Shown here piece after piece: positions 1 to 9,324 of a DNA stretch of 64,000 nt. The translations under genes were made by a program, and so were the position numbers. The stretch covers positions 1-64,000 of the forward strand of contig JBFOMH010000020.1 of the NCBI GenBank assembly GCA_040830765.1, given 5' to 3'. Numbering within the stretch: the stretch's first letter is position 1; each line of letters begins with the position of its first letter. The notes under the pieces were generated by a model. It was not told where the DNA came from. It did no database searches and saw only the letters and a list, made by a program, of their open reading frames with translations. Origin of the DNA: Puniceicoccaceae bacterium. GTDB lineage: Bacteria > Verrucomicrobiota > Verrucomicrobiia > Opitutales > Oceanipulchritudinaceae.

Positions 1-230
1 ATGCGGCCCTGCTGGGGGAAAAAATCCCGCAGCAGGGAGACGAGCACGCCCGAAAAAAGAAGGACAAAGGTCGTCGCCAGCCCCAGGGGGGGGGAGTTCA
101 TGGGGGTGTTGGTCACGGCCAGGACCGGGCACAGGCCCAGAAACATGACAAAGACGGGTTTTTCCCGCCACAGGCCCACCATGAAGGTGTCCCAGCTCAG
201 GGGTTCCGGCAATCGTGGATCGCGTACCAT
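1..230 (-). CDS. rnfE: Rnf complex subunit E (N-terminal part, runs off window edge)
   Basis: Not in the ORF track. Manual translation from ATG at 230 gives MVRDPRLPEPLSWDTFMVGLWREKPVFVMFLGLCPVLAVTNT..., matching the RnfE 'NP..LGLCP.LAVT' motif. Lies downstream of rnfG. Confidence 0.9.
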   Translation of the reverse strand, partial: MVRDPRLPEPLSWDTFMVGLWREKPVFVMFLGLCPVLAVTNTPMNSPPLGLATTFVLLFSGVLVSLLRDFFPQQGR

Positions 231-255
231 CAGTTATGCCCTTTCAAGTTGCTGT

Positions 256-945
256 TCATGGATTGAGAGTTGTGTTGAGGGATTCCTTGTAGCGCTCCAG
301 CAGCGGGAGCATTTCCATTGTGCTTTTACGCAGGCCGTCTCCAATAGCGGTCGAGGTGACGGTGGCGCCGGAGATGCCGTCGATCTGCCAGCCTTCAGTC
401 TTTTCACCGTTCTTGACGGTGACAATTGGGTTGGCGACCGCGGTTCCCTCCTCGTTCAGGGAAGCGTCGAGGCACTCGAAGTTGGCCAGGAAGTCCGGGT
501 CTGTCTCAACCTTGTCGCCAAGGCCGGGTGTCTCCGTGCTCTGAAGGACGGTAATGCCGATGACGCAGGCACTGTCCACAGAGTATCCGTAAAGGGTGGT
601 CACGACATCCTGGTAGCCCCGCGCGGAGGCTTCCATGGCCAGGCCGGCCAGTTGGCCCTCGGCATCGTAGCCGGCAAAGACATTGGCCTCGGCGATGGCC
701 TCATCCGGCAAGGCAACAAGACCCGTTTCATCGAGCTTGTAGTTCTTGCGTACACTGGCTTGGGGGAGGACCGTAAAGATAGCTTTTTCCAGGGCGCGTT
801 GCTTGTTCATGGCGATACGGGGCGCCGTGAGCTGGAAGGCCATGACAACGAGCAACCCGGACATCATGGCGATGAGACCGAGGGAAAAAATCAAGCGGCC
901 GCTGCTGGGCATGGTCGGCGGGGGAGTGGAGCCATTCTCGCTCAT
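256..945 (-). CDS. rnfG: Rnf complex subunit G (FMN-binding)
   Basis: One N-terminal TM segment, ETPGLG motif and flavinylation motif DGISGAT. Start taken as MSENG at 945, overlapping the rnfD stop. Confidence 0.92.
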   Translation of the reverse strand: MSENGSTPPPTMPSSGRLIFSLGLIAMMSGLLVVMAFQLTAPRIAMNKQRALEKAIFTVLPQASVRKNYKLDETGLVALPDEAIAEANVFAGYDAEGQLAGLAMEASARGYQDVVTTLYGYSVDSACVIGITVLQSTETPGLGDKVETDPDFLANFECLDASLNEEGTAVANPIVTVKNGEKTEGWQIDGISGATVTSTAIGDGLRKSTMEMLPLLERYKESLNTTLNP

Positions 946-1997
946 GCGGCCTCCTTTGGCTTGCTGGCGCCGTAGATGCGCGGCTGGGTGAGAAGACTGA
1001 TCAGGGGCGAACAGGCATTGGCAAGGAGGATGGCGTACATGACTCCCTCGTTCAGGCCTCCAAAAAGGCGAATGATGACCGTGATGAATCCAATCAAGGC
1101 GCCATATATCCAGACGCCGGCTGGCGTGACCGGAGAGGCCACCATATCCGTGGCCATGAAGACCGCCCCGAGCATCAAGCCGCCGGAGCAAATGGTGAAT
1201 ATCGGATCCGGATAAACGGCCGGGTTGAGAAGGTAGAAGAGACCCGAGATTCCGCCCGCAGTGACCAAGACACTGAACGTGATGCGCCAATCCATCATGC
1301 GGCGTGCGGCGAGGTAAAGGCCGCAGATAAGAATCAGGATGGCGGAGGTTTCACCAGCCGATCCGGCGGTTGTGCCAAGGAGCAGTTCCAGCGAATCAGT
1401 GGAGGCATGATCGAATTTCATGATGGCCAGCGGAGTGGCTCCGCTGAACCCGTCCGGGGCCACCTGAGCAATCCAGTCCTTGACCGGATTGGGCTTCAAG
1501 AAGGGCAAGGTCAGGGTGGAGGGAATGAATTCCGTGAACCGGTTTTCCACCATGTAGGGGGTCCAGGTCGTTATCGGTACCGTGAAGGATGCCTGGGCGA
1601 AGGCCCGCCCGAGAAGCGCAGGGTTCATGACATTGAACCCGAGGCCACCGAAGAACATCTTCCCGAGTCCGATCCCGGCAAAGGAAGCGACTGCGCCCAT
1701 CCAGAGCGGAAAGCCCGGCGGCAGGCACAGGGCGAGCAGGATCCCGGTAATGACGGCGCTCCAGTCCCCGATGGGCGTTTCCTTGCCCGATACCTTGGCG
1801 AGCAGGTGTTCCGAAAGGACGCAGGTGGCGGTACAGACAATTATCAGGGCCAGAACGCTGATCCCGAACTGGTAGATGGAAAAGGCACAGACCGGCAGCA
1901 GCGCATAGACGACATTGCGCATGATGACGTTGACCGGTGGGCTCACCCGCAGGTGCGGGGAGGTCCTTAACATGACACTGGGGCCTGGATCGCTCAT
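942..1997 (-). CDS. rnfD: Rnf complex subunit D
   Basis: SPH..., FGGLGFNVMNPAL, DGFSGATPL flavinylation site, GSAGETS, FMATD; polytopic membrane protein. Start at ATG 1997 overlaps the rnfC stop. Confidence 0.95.
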   Translation of the reverse strand: MSDPGPSVMLRTSPHLRVSPPVNVIMRNVVYALLPVCAFSIYQFGISVLALIIVCTATCVLSEHLLAKVSGKETPIGDWSAVITGILLALCLPPGFPLWMGAVASFAGIGLGKMFFGGLGFNVMNPALLGRAFAQASFTVPITTWTPYMVENRFTEFIPSTLTLPFLKPNPVKDWIAQVAPDGFSGATPLAIMKFDHASTDSLELLLGTTAGSAGETSAILILICGLYLAARRMMDWRITFSVLVTAGGISGLFYLLNPAVYPDPIFTICSGGLMLGAVFMATDMVASPVTPAGVWIYGALIGFITVIIRLFGGLNEGVMYAILLANACSPLISLLTQPRIYGASKPKEAA

Positions 1998-3376
1998 GAT
2001 GCTTTGGCTTTCTCGCGCATGGCTTTTTCGCGGTTGGACGATTTGGCGATTCGGAAGTACTGGACCAAGGGAATGTTGGAGGGGCAGACGTAGCTGCAGC
2101 AGCCGCACTCAAAGCAGTCCATCAGATGGTAGTCGGAGGCCATTTCCTCGTAACGGTGCTTGTAGGCCAGCTTGCCCATCTGCGACGGATTGAGGTGCAT
2201 CGGGCAGGCGTCGACGCACTTGGCGCAGCTGATACAGGGGTAAGTCGCCCGTGAAATCTGGTCGTGGGTGTCCTCTTCAGTGAGGACGAGGACACCACCG
2301 CACCCCTTGGTAATGGGCACGTCGAGGGAAGCGACGGTTCCGCCCATCATGGGGCCACCCATGATAAGGTGACGAGCCTGGCCGCTGAAGCCCAGTTGCT
2401 TGAGGATAAAGCGGAGGGGCGTACCGATCGGCACGATGAAATTGCCCGGATTCTCAACCCCGGGTCCGGTGATGGTGACAACCCGCTCGATAACGCCACG
2501 GTTCAAGGGCAGCAATTCACCCAGCTGGGCGGTCGAGGAGACATTGAAAACACCAAGTCCAACCGAGGAGGGGAAATTGCCGGAGGGGATCTCAATATCC
2601 ATGAGGGCCTTGGCCAGCATCTTCTCTGCACCCTGCGGGTACTTGGTCTTGACCGCCTTGACGGTTATCGACCCATCAGCCGGCAGCGCTTTTTCAAGCG
2701 CTTCCACGGCATCGAGTTTGTTGTCTTCCGTGCCGATGATGGCCTTTTCCGCCCCGAGGGCCTTCATGAGGATTTTGGTGCCGGCGATCAGATAATCGGC
2801 CTGTTCAATCATCACGCGATGATCGGTGGTCAGGAAGGGCTCGCATTCGCAACCGTTGATGAGGACCGTGTGGACGTTGTGCTCCTTGGGCGGGGACAAC
2901 TTGACGTGGGTGGGGAAGGCTGCCCCGCCGAGACCGACGAGGCCGGTGTCCTGCACCGCCTGGATGATCTCCTGCGGGGTCATCTTGTCCACGTCACGCT
3001 CCTGATAGAAACGGACTTCCTGGTTGTCGCCGGGATAGACATCAAGCAGCACGCTGGGTGTCTTTGGGCCCTTGGCCGTCGGCATCAACTCGACGCCCTT
3101 GATAACCCCGGTGGCGGGGGCATGCTGGGGAACCGAGACAAAACCCCCCGCCTTGGCGATGGGCTCCCCGCGGACAACCTCCTGGCCCGGGTGGACCAGC
3201 AATTGCGACGGGGCGCCGGCATGCTGGGACAGCGGAATGACCAGCCGGGGCGGGAACGGCAGGCGCCGGATCGGCTTGTTCGCCGTGTAGTGCTTGTTTT
3301 CCGTTGGATGGATACCGTGGGAAAATGAGCTCCGGAACCAGTGGGCCGGGTCAAGAAGTTTGGCTAAGCCACTCAT
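1994..3376 (-). CDS. rnfC: Rnf complex subunit C
   Basis: QHAGAP, GLGGAAFPTHVK, INGCECEPFLTTD, YPQGAEK, GGPMMG and two CxxCxxCxxxCP clusters. Confidence 0.96.
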   Translation of the reverse strand: MSGLAKLLDPAHWFRSSFSHGIHPTENKHYTANKPIRRLPFPPRLVIPLSQHAGAPSQLLVHPGQEVVRGEPIAKAGGFVSVPQHAPATGVIKGVELMPTAKGPKTPSVLLDVYPGDNQEVRFYQERDVDKMTPQEIIQAVQDTGLVGLGGAAFPTHVKLSPPKEHNVHTVLINGCECEPFLTTDHRVMIEQADYLIAGTKILMKALGAEKAIIGTEDNKLDAVEALEKALPADGSITVKAVKTKYPQGAEKMLAKALMDIEIPSGNFPSSVGLGVFNVSSTAQLGELLPLNRGVIERVVTITGPGVENPGNFIVPIGTPLRFILKQLGFSGQARHLIMGGPMMGGTVASLDVPITKGCGGVLVLTEEDTHDQISRATYPCISCAKCVDACPMHLNPSQMGKLAYKHRYEEMASDYHLMDCFECGCCSYVCPSNIPLVQYFRIAKSSNREKAMREKAKAS

Positions 3377-3416
3377 TGCTCCAATCCGTTACCGTTATTC
3401 ACAAGGTCAGGACTCC

Positions 3417-6400
3417 TTACTGGAATTTCTCCGCGCGCTTGATCAACTTGTCGACGCCCTTCTCGTTGGGATCAACCGGGGTGCCTGGATGAATGCACCG
3501 GCCGGTGCACTTTTCCGCGGCCCGGACGATGTCCTTGAAGGGGCCGCCCTTCGGATCCACGACATACGCCTTCTTGTTGTCGTCGTAGGCGAAGATCTTC
3601 TGGTTGATGTTGATACACTCGTCGCAGGACGTGCACTCCGTCTGGTCAATCCAGACCGGCTCGAATCCGCCTGCGGCGGCCGGGGCGGCCGGGCCTTCCG
3701 AACCATTGGTCGCCGGGACGGCCGCCGATGCGGCATCCGCGGAAACAGCCGGCATGTCGAGGATGGCCTTGGCCACGCCGCCTTCGCCGGTCAGCATGGA
3801 CATCAGTCCCTGGGCGAGGCGTTGAGCGGTCTCGTTGCGGACATTCTGGGCAATCTGGTCCGGATCCACCTTGCGGCTAAGGCCGGCGATACCCTTCATG
3901 GTACGCCAGAAGTCGAGGCGTTCCTCCGTCGAGCGGACAATCTCCTCGGCGACAAGGACCCGCATGAGCTGGTTCTTCTTGTCCACCGCCCAGATGTAGG
4001 GATAGAGGTCCTCGCGGTCCTCTTCGGAGAGTTCAAGGAACTCAGCCAGCGGAACCATGCTGTCGTTCCAGGTATCCTGTGGGGCCTTGCGGAAGTGCTT
4101 CCGGAAGCGGCCTTCCTGGACGGCAAAGTCGGCGAAGGTCATGGGCAGTTCCATGGACTGCTGGTTGCCCTCGTCGTCGACGTACTCCAGGTTGTAGACC
4201 GGCCAGTCAGTATCAATCGAGGGATTGCCCTCGAGGCTGAAACACTCTTCCCAGCTGTTGCCAGCGTCCGGATCGAAGGTGATGAGCGGATAGGCGCGGG
4301 ATTCCAGCGCCATCTTGCTGCGGTAGTGCGTCGAGTCATCGGGCACACCGTGTTCCGGCTGACAGACCGCATACACGTTGAAGAGGGCCGGACGGCGGGA
4401 GTTGAGCCCGTCGATAAAGCCCTCGATGAGGTGCGTGTAGTTGGCAATGTTGCCCTGCATGACATAGGCGGAACGGTGGGCCGCCCCGATGAGGGTCATT
4501 TCCTTGCGGATTTCCTCCTTGCCCTTCCAGGCCTTGCCGTACGGGGCCATGTCGGAAACCTGTCCGATGAAGCCTGAGGTACAGGCTTGGCCACCGGTGT
4601 TGGAGTAGACTTGGGTGTCGAGGACGAAGACCTTGATCGGCCGGCCCGACATGAGGGCGCGGGAGAGGTTCTGGAAGCCGATGTCGTACATCGCCCCGTC
4701 ACCCCCAACAGCCACCACCGGCGGGCAGAGGAGGTATTCCTCGTCCGTGAACTTGGCCCAGTTGAAGTATTGGAGGGATTCCTCGACCTTTTTGTAGTCC
4801 TCATTGCCTTCCAGCTCGGCTTCCGCCTGCCGGATGGCCTTGAAACCTTCACCCATGGAGCGCATGTGACCCTCGAAAAGACCGAGGGAAACGGACGGCG
4901 CGTCCTGGAAGAGGTGATTCGACCACGGGAAAGGATACGGGTTGTAGGGCCAGGAAGAGCCATAGACGGATGAACAGCCGGTGGCGTTCTGGATACCCAT
5001 GGCGGCGCGGCCGGCCTTGGTCGGGCCTTCTGTGTAACGCCACTTGAGGTCCTTCAGCTTGGCCAACAGGCTGGTGATCCACTTGAGCCAATCCTGGTCG
5101 AGCGGGGAACCTTCCTTGCCCTCGTCGAGGGCTTTGGCGAGGTCGGCCAGCTTGAGGTCCTTGTCGCTGCTGGCGTCAACGACCTTCTGCACGGCACCGA
5201 GGTCGCTGATATCGACCGTCTCGGCGGGCTTGTCCTTGACCCGGTTTTCCAGCCCGGCGATGGGCTCGTCGATCTTCTCGACCTGCTTCTTGACGCGACC
5301 CTGCATGAGGGCGGTCATGGTGCCGGTGAAAATGTGCAGGAGGCCCTTTTCACCACATCCGGTACAGGAACCGTCACCGCAGCTCATGGACTGGTAGACG
5401 GACTTGTCCATCAGCATGGTCTCGAGGGCACCGATCTTCTCGTCGAGGTCATCGATGCGGATGAAGTCCTTCGGCGTGGTCGGCAGGTCCTGCCAGAATT
5501 CCCACTCGTCGCGCAGTTTCTTGACCGAATCGTTGGTCTGTTCCTCGACCGTCAGGGCGCCGTCTTCACAGACGTCCACACAGAGCATACAACCCTTACA
5601 GGTGTACGGGTTGATGGTGATAGCATAGAGCCCGCCGGAACCCGCCTGGCCCTTCTCACGCTGGTCGTAATAGGGCTTGGTGAAGGCAAACTTGAACTCG
5701 CCGATGGATTCTTTGAACCAGGCAAATTCCTTTTCCATGTCCTCGGCTTCACCGTTGGCCCCGGCAATGGTGTCATTGATGGCCAGGTTGAGGAGGGGCA
5801 CACTGTTCAGGCTGGCGGTTTCGGCATTGGTTTCGGCAACCGCTTTGCGGAGGTGCTTCTCAACCGTGCGGACCGCCTTGGGCAGCAGCTTCACCTCATG
5901 GCCGGCCTTCTGGACCCGCTTGATGGTAGTGCTGAAGACTTCCTGAATGGGCAGGGCCAAGCCGGGGATGGCACTGTCCGGGCAAACTGTGAAACAGTCG
6001 CTACAAGCCGTACACTTCTCCGGATGCCACACCGGGTGGGTGAAACGGATCTGGGTCATGTCGCGGTAGACACCGGTGTTGGCCGGAATCAGGGCGAGAG
6101 CGTTGAAGGGATCGGCAAGGTTGTCGTTGGGACGACCACCAAGGTAGAAGCTACCAGTCTGTTCCCAGAAGCGATGGATGTCAGTCCGCGGGTCATCGCT
6201 GGCCGGCATGCGCTTGAGGACAGGGGGAAGATTGGTTTCCTTGCGGGTGACAGAAGTTGCCCCGTCGAGGGACTTCTCGGTGATCTCCGTGATTTCGTCG
6301 AAACCGCGGCGGACAACGCGCATGTTGTCTTCAACAACACGGGCGCCCTTGCTGCCGAACTTCTTGGTCACCTGTTCGCGGATGGCATTGAAGAGCGATT

Positions 6401-8372
6401 CCTCGTTCAGGTCGGCTGTCTTCATCAGCGTCGAGCCGGCGAAGAAGGCACCCTGGAAGGCAATACCCTGCATCCGGAACTGGAGTTCCGGGTCGGTGGC
6501 TTCTTCCCGGGCCACCTTGAAGGCGTCGAGGTAGAAGACCCGGATGTCGTTCTCGATGATGTACTGGCGCGCCGGTACCGGGAAGGAATTCCAGACTTCC
6601 TCGGCCGAATCCAATTCGCTCTGGATGATGAACGTTCCGCCCTTCTTGAGACCGAAGAGGGGATTGGAGTGACTGAAGACGTTCGGGTCCGGTGAAAGGA
6701 CGGCGTCGACAAAGAAGTATTCGCAGTTGATGCGGATCGGTTCCGGGGCGGCCGACAGGTAATAAGTGGTCGGCTGGCCTTTCTTCTCCGAACCATACTT
6801 CGGGTTGGCCTTGATGTCGTAACCCAGGAGATCGTAGAGGGTGATGGCCAGGTTCTTACCCGTGGTGATGGCTCCCCAGCCACCGACGGAGTGCATCCGG
6901 ACCGTTACCGCACCCTTTGGGAGCAGATTCGGGTTGGTGCTGCCCTTCAACGCCAGTTCCTTCACGGTGGGATAGGACTCCAGCAGCTTTTGCTGGTAGA
7001 TCTCATTCTTCGGCGAGGAAGGCTTGTCATGGATGAAATCGATGGAGAGGTAGAAGAACTTCTTCTTCTTGCCGTCCGGAAGCATGTTCTCCACGGCCCC
7101 GACAACCCCTTCGGGTTGAAGGTCGCGGCTTCCCATGCCGAAACAGCCGGAAAACAGCGTCGGGCTGTCCTTGGAGCTCTTGAAACTGGCATACTTGGGG
7201 TAGGGCAGTTCCTCACCGCGGCCGCAAAGACCGTTTTCCATGCACTTGCTGATGGTAGCGCGGATTTCCCGGATCAGCGGAAGGTCCTCGGCCAGCGGCT
7301 GGTCCGTGCGCTCGAGCACGGTCACGCCCTTGCGGCCCTTGAGGAGGTGGCTCAGGACATCGCCCGGGAAGGGACGGAACATCGTCATGTTGACCACGCC
7401 CACCTTCAGCTTGCGCTCCTCGCGCATGTAGTCGGCAACCGCTTCGGCAGTCCCGATAAGGCTGCCCTGGCCGATGATGAGGTAATCCGCATCCTCGCAC
7501 TTATAAGTGGCGACGCGGCTGTAGGGCCGTCCCGTCAGTTCGCTGTATTCCTTCATGCACTGGTCGGCGATGGCCGGGATGTGCTCAAAGAAGTAGGGCC
7601 GCTGGGAGGCGACGGACTGCATGTAGGCATCCTGATTCTGTACCGGGCCGGAAAGGACCGGGTTGTCGACATCCCAGAGAATGGGGATCCGGCGCCGGGT
7701 CTTGCCGTAGATCATCTCCTGGGCAGGCGTCGGGGTGTCGATGACGTCATCGGGACGGCCGAGGTACTCGGCAATCAGTTCCCGTTCGGGAACGAGCATT
7801 GTCTCGATGAGGTGGGTGGTCAGGAAGCCGTCCTGGCCGACCGCACCCGGGGTAAGGGATAGCTCGGCAATCTTGCGGGAGATGATGTTGAGGTCAGCCG
7901 CTTCCTGGGCGTTCTTGCCCATGACCTGGAAGAAGCCGGTATCGTCCATCAAGTGGTAGTCATCATGCCCGGCGTGGACATTCAGGGTTGTCTTCGTAAT
8001 GGCCCGGCAACCGACATTGAGAATGTACGGCAGGCGCTTGCCTACTGCCCCGTAGAGGGACTCGTGCATGTAGGCGATCCCCTGTCCGGAGGAAAAGTTG
8101 GAGGCTCGCAATCCGGTCATGGCCATGCCGGCGGTCACCCCGGCGGCAGCGTGTTCACCCTCGGGCTCAACAAAAATCAGGGGCTTGCCCGAGATGTTGA
8201 TATGGCCGCGAGCAGTTTCCTCGGCCCAGTATTCACCCATCTGGGTGGAAGGCGTGATTGGGTAGGCACCAGCAGCATCGCTGGATTCGCGCTCGCACAT
8301 GATAACGGCGGTGTTGCCATCCATGGCGGCTGGAATGCCCGGATATTTTACGGTCTTTTTTTCGGAAGCCAT
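3417..8372 (-). CDS. por: Large single-chain pyruvate:ferredoxin (2-oxoacid:acceptor) oxidoreductase with insertions and an extra C-terminal ferredoxin
   Basis: YPITPS, EGEHAA, GGWGAIT..K, KYGSEKKGQPT, two CxxCxxCxxxC motifs, SCTGCGEK, NATGCSSVY, GGDGAMYDIG (TPP) and YSNTGGQ; 1651 aa. Confidence 0.92.
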   Translation of the reverse strand: MASEKKTVKYPGIPAAMDGNTAVIMCERESSDAAGAYPITPSTQMGEYWAEETARGHINISGKPLIFVEPEGEHAAAGVTAGMAMTGLRASNFSSGQGIAYMHESLYGAVGKRLPYILNVGCRAITKTTLNVHAGHDDYHLMDDTGFFQVMGKNAQEAADLNIISRKIAELSLTPGAVGQDGFLTTHLIETMLVPERELIAEYLGRPDDVIDTPTPAQEMIYGKTRRRIPILWDVDNPVLSGPVQNQDAYMQSVASQRPYFFEHIPAIADQCMKEYSELTGRPYSRVATYKCEDADYLIIGQGSLIGTAEAVADYMREERKLKVGVVNMTMFRPFPGDVLSHLLKGRKGVTVLERTDQPLAEDLPLIREIRATISKCMENGLCGRGEELPYPKYASFKSSKDSPTLFSGCFGMGSRDLQPEGVVGAVENMLPDGKKKKFFYLSIDFIHDKPSSPKNEIYQQKLLESYPTVKELALKGSTNPNLLPKGAVTVRMHSVGGWGAITTGKNLAITLYDLLGYDIKANPKYGSEKKGQPTTYYLSAAPEPIRINCEYFFVDAVLSPDPNVFSHSNPLFGLKKGGTFIIQSELDSAEEVWNSFPVPARQYIIENDIRVFYLDAFKVAREEATDPELQFRMQGIAFQGAFFAGSTLMKTADLNEESLFNAIREQVTKKFGSKGARVVEDNMRVVRRGFDEITEITEKSLDGATSVTRKETNLPPVLKRMPASDDPRTDIHRFWEQTGSFYLGGRPNDNLADPFNALALIPANTGVYRDMTQIRFTHPVWHPEKCTACSDCFTVCPDSAIPGLALPIQEVFSTTIKRVQKAGHEVKLLPKAVRTVEKHLRKAVAETNAETASLNSVPLLNLAINDTIAGANGEAEDMEKEFAWFKESIGEFKFAFTKPYYDQREKGQAGSGGLYAITINPYTCKGCMLCVDVCEDGALTVEEQTNDSVKKLRDEWEFWQDLPTTPKDFIRIDDLDEKIGALETMLMDKSVYQSMSCGDGSCTGCGEKGLLHIFTGTMTALMQGRVKKQVEKIDEPIAGLENRVKDKPAETVDISDLGAVQKVVDASSDKDLKLADLAKALDEGKEGSPLDQDWLKWITSLLAKLKDLKWRYTEGPTKAGRAAMGIQNATGCSSVYGSSWPYNPYPFPWSNHLFQDAPSVSLGLFEGHMRSMGEGFKAIRQAEAELEGNEDYKKVEESLQYFNWAKFTDEEYLLCPPVVAVGGDGAMYDIGFQNLSRALMSGRPIKVFVLDTQVYSNTGGQACTSGFIGQVSDMAPYGKAWKGKEEIRKEMTLIGAAHRSAYVMQGNIANYTHLIEGFIDGLNSRRPALFNVYAVCQPEHGVPDDSTHYRSKMALESRAYPLITFDPDAGNSWEECFSLEGNPSIDTDWPVYNLEYVDDEGNQQSMELPMTFADFAVQEGRFRKHFRKAPQDTWNDSMVPLAEFLELSEEDREDLYPYIWAVDKKNQLMRVLVAEEIVRSTEERLDFWRTMKGIAGLSRKVDPDQIAQNVRNETAQRLAQGLMSMLTGEGGVAKAILDMPAVSADAASAAVPATNGSEGPAAPAAAGGFEPVWIDQTECTSCDECININQKIFAYDDNKKAYVVDPKGGPFKDIVRAAEKCTGRCIHPGTPVDPNEKGVDKLIKRAEKFQ

Positions 8373-8418
8373 AATTCTTCTCTTTCTGGTTTTGGTATTA
8401 GTAATTATCTAAAAGGGA

Positions 8419-9309
8419 TTAAGCTGAGTCGGGGCGAATGGGGAGGGGTTCCTTGCGGATGATCTTCTTGGCCGCTCCACCCTTGGTGGCCTGGCCATTC
8501 TCCATCCAGACGATGGCCCCGGTGGGGCACCGCTCGATGGGGATCCGGGTAGCGAGGTTGTTCTTGCTGTAATCGACGACAGCGAGGTTGTTCTTGATGC
8601 AAACAAGTCCTTCCGGGGCATCCATCGCACAGCGGGCGCAGCCAGTGCAGGCAACTTCGCAGTCAGCGAGGGCATCATCCCCCTCGGCGAGGCTTTTGCA
8701 GGCCACCCACAGCTGATGGCTGACCGGGTGCAGGGAAAAGAGGTCCAGCGGGCAGGCTTCGACGCAGTCGTTGCAGGCGACGCACTTGTCTTCATCGACG
8801 ACCGGGAGGCCATGCTTGTCCATATGAATGGCGTCGAAATCACAGGAAACCTCGCAATCGCCCAACCCCAGGCAACCCCACGCACAGGCCTTGCCACCAC
8901 CACCGGCGGCTACTGCAGCCCGGCAGGTGCCCATGCCGCTGTATTCAGCGCGCATGCGGGCGACATGGTTGCCCCCGGCGCACGCCAGGCGGGCGACGAT
9001 TTTCTCCTGATCACCGACCTCGACCCCGAGGTAATCGGCAATGAAAGTAACCATGTCCTTGGAACTGACCGTGCATTGGCTGGGATTCTTGTCCCCGGCC
9101 ACACAGGCCTCTGCGAATGCCCGGCAACCCGGGCTGCCACAAGCGCCGCAATTGGTCGCGGGCAGCATTTCCTCCACTTCCCCAATGCGCGGGTCCTCAT
9201 GCACATGCAATTTCTTGTTGGCCAGCGCAAGGACACCAGCGAGGACGATCCCAAGGCCTCCCATAAAGACCAGGGCGTTTATGACGAAGGTTAAGAGCTC
9301 GGGGTTCAA
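8419..9309 (-). CDS. rnfB: Rnf complex subunit B
   Basis: N-terminal TM, LPATNCGACGSPGC Fe-S motif, CAWGCLGLGDCEVSC, CVACNDCVEACP. TTG start preceded by GAAGGAG RBS. Confidence 0.93.
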   Translation of the reverse strand: MNPELLTFVINALVFMGGLGIVLAGVLALANKKLHVHEDPRIGEVEEMLPATNCGACGSPGCRAFAEACVAGDKNPSQCTVSSKDMVTFIADYLGVEVGDQEKIVARLACAGGNHVARMRAEYSGMGTCRAAVAAGGGGKACAWGCLGLGDCEVSCDFDAIHMDKHGLPVVDEDKCVACNDCVEACPLDLFSLHPVSHQLWVACKSLAEGDDALADCEVACTGCARCAMDAPEGLVCIKNNLAVVDYSKNNLATRIPIERCPTGAIVWMENGQATKGGAAKKIIRKEPLPIRPDSA

Positions 9310-9324
9310 GGGGGACTCCTTCGC

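Noticed and set aside
1..170. Unusual RnfE residues (EKP for ENP, TPMNSPPLG, FFPQQGR) and a G9 run suggesting phase variation
   Set aside because: Each odd residue can be explained by a base copying its neighbour and extending a homopolymer without shifting frame. This is typical of low-quality read ends at a contig edge, so it is probably an artefact.
1..975. 324-aa plus-strand ORF and other long antisense ORFs over rnf/PFOR (3294-4577, 5334-6695, 6891-7862)
   Set aside because: Shadow ORFs opposite well-supported genes in GC-rich DNA, with no recognisable motifs.
5220..5270. Two prolines (DEPIA, DKPAE) inside a predicted PFOR helix
   Set aside because: They could be single CTC->CCC base errors or real substitutions; this cannot be decided without reads.
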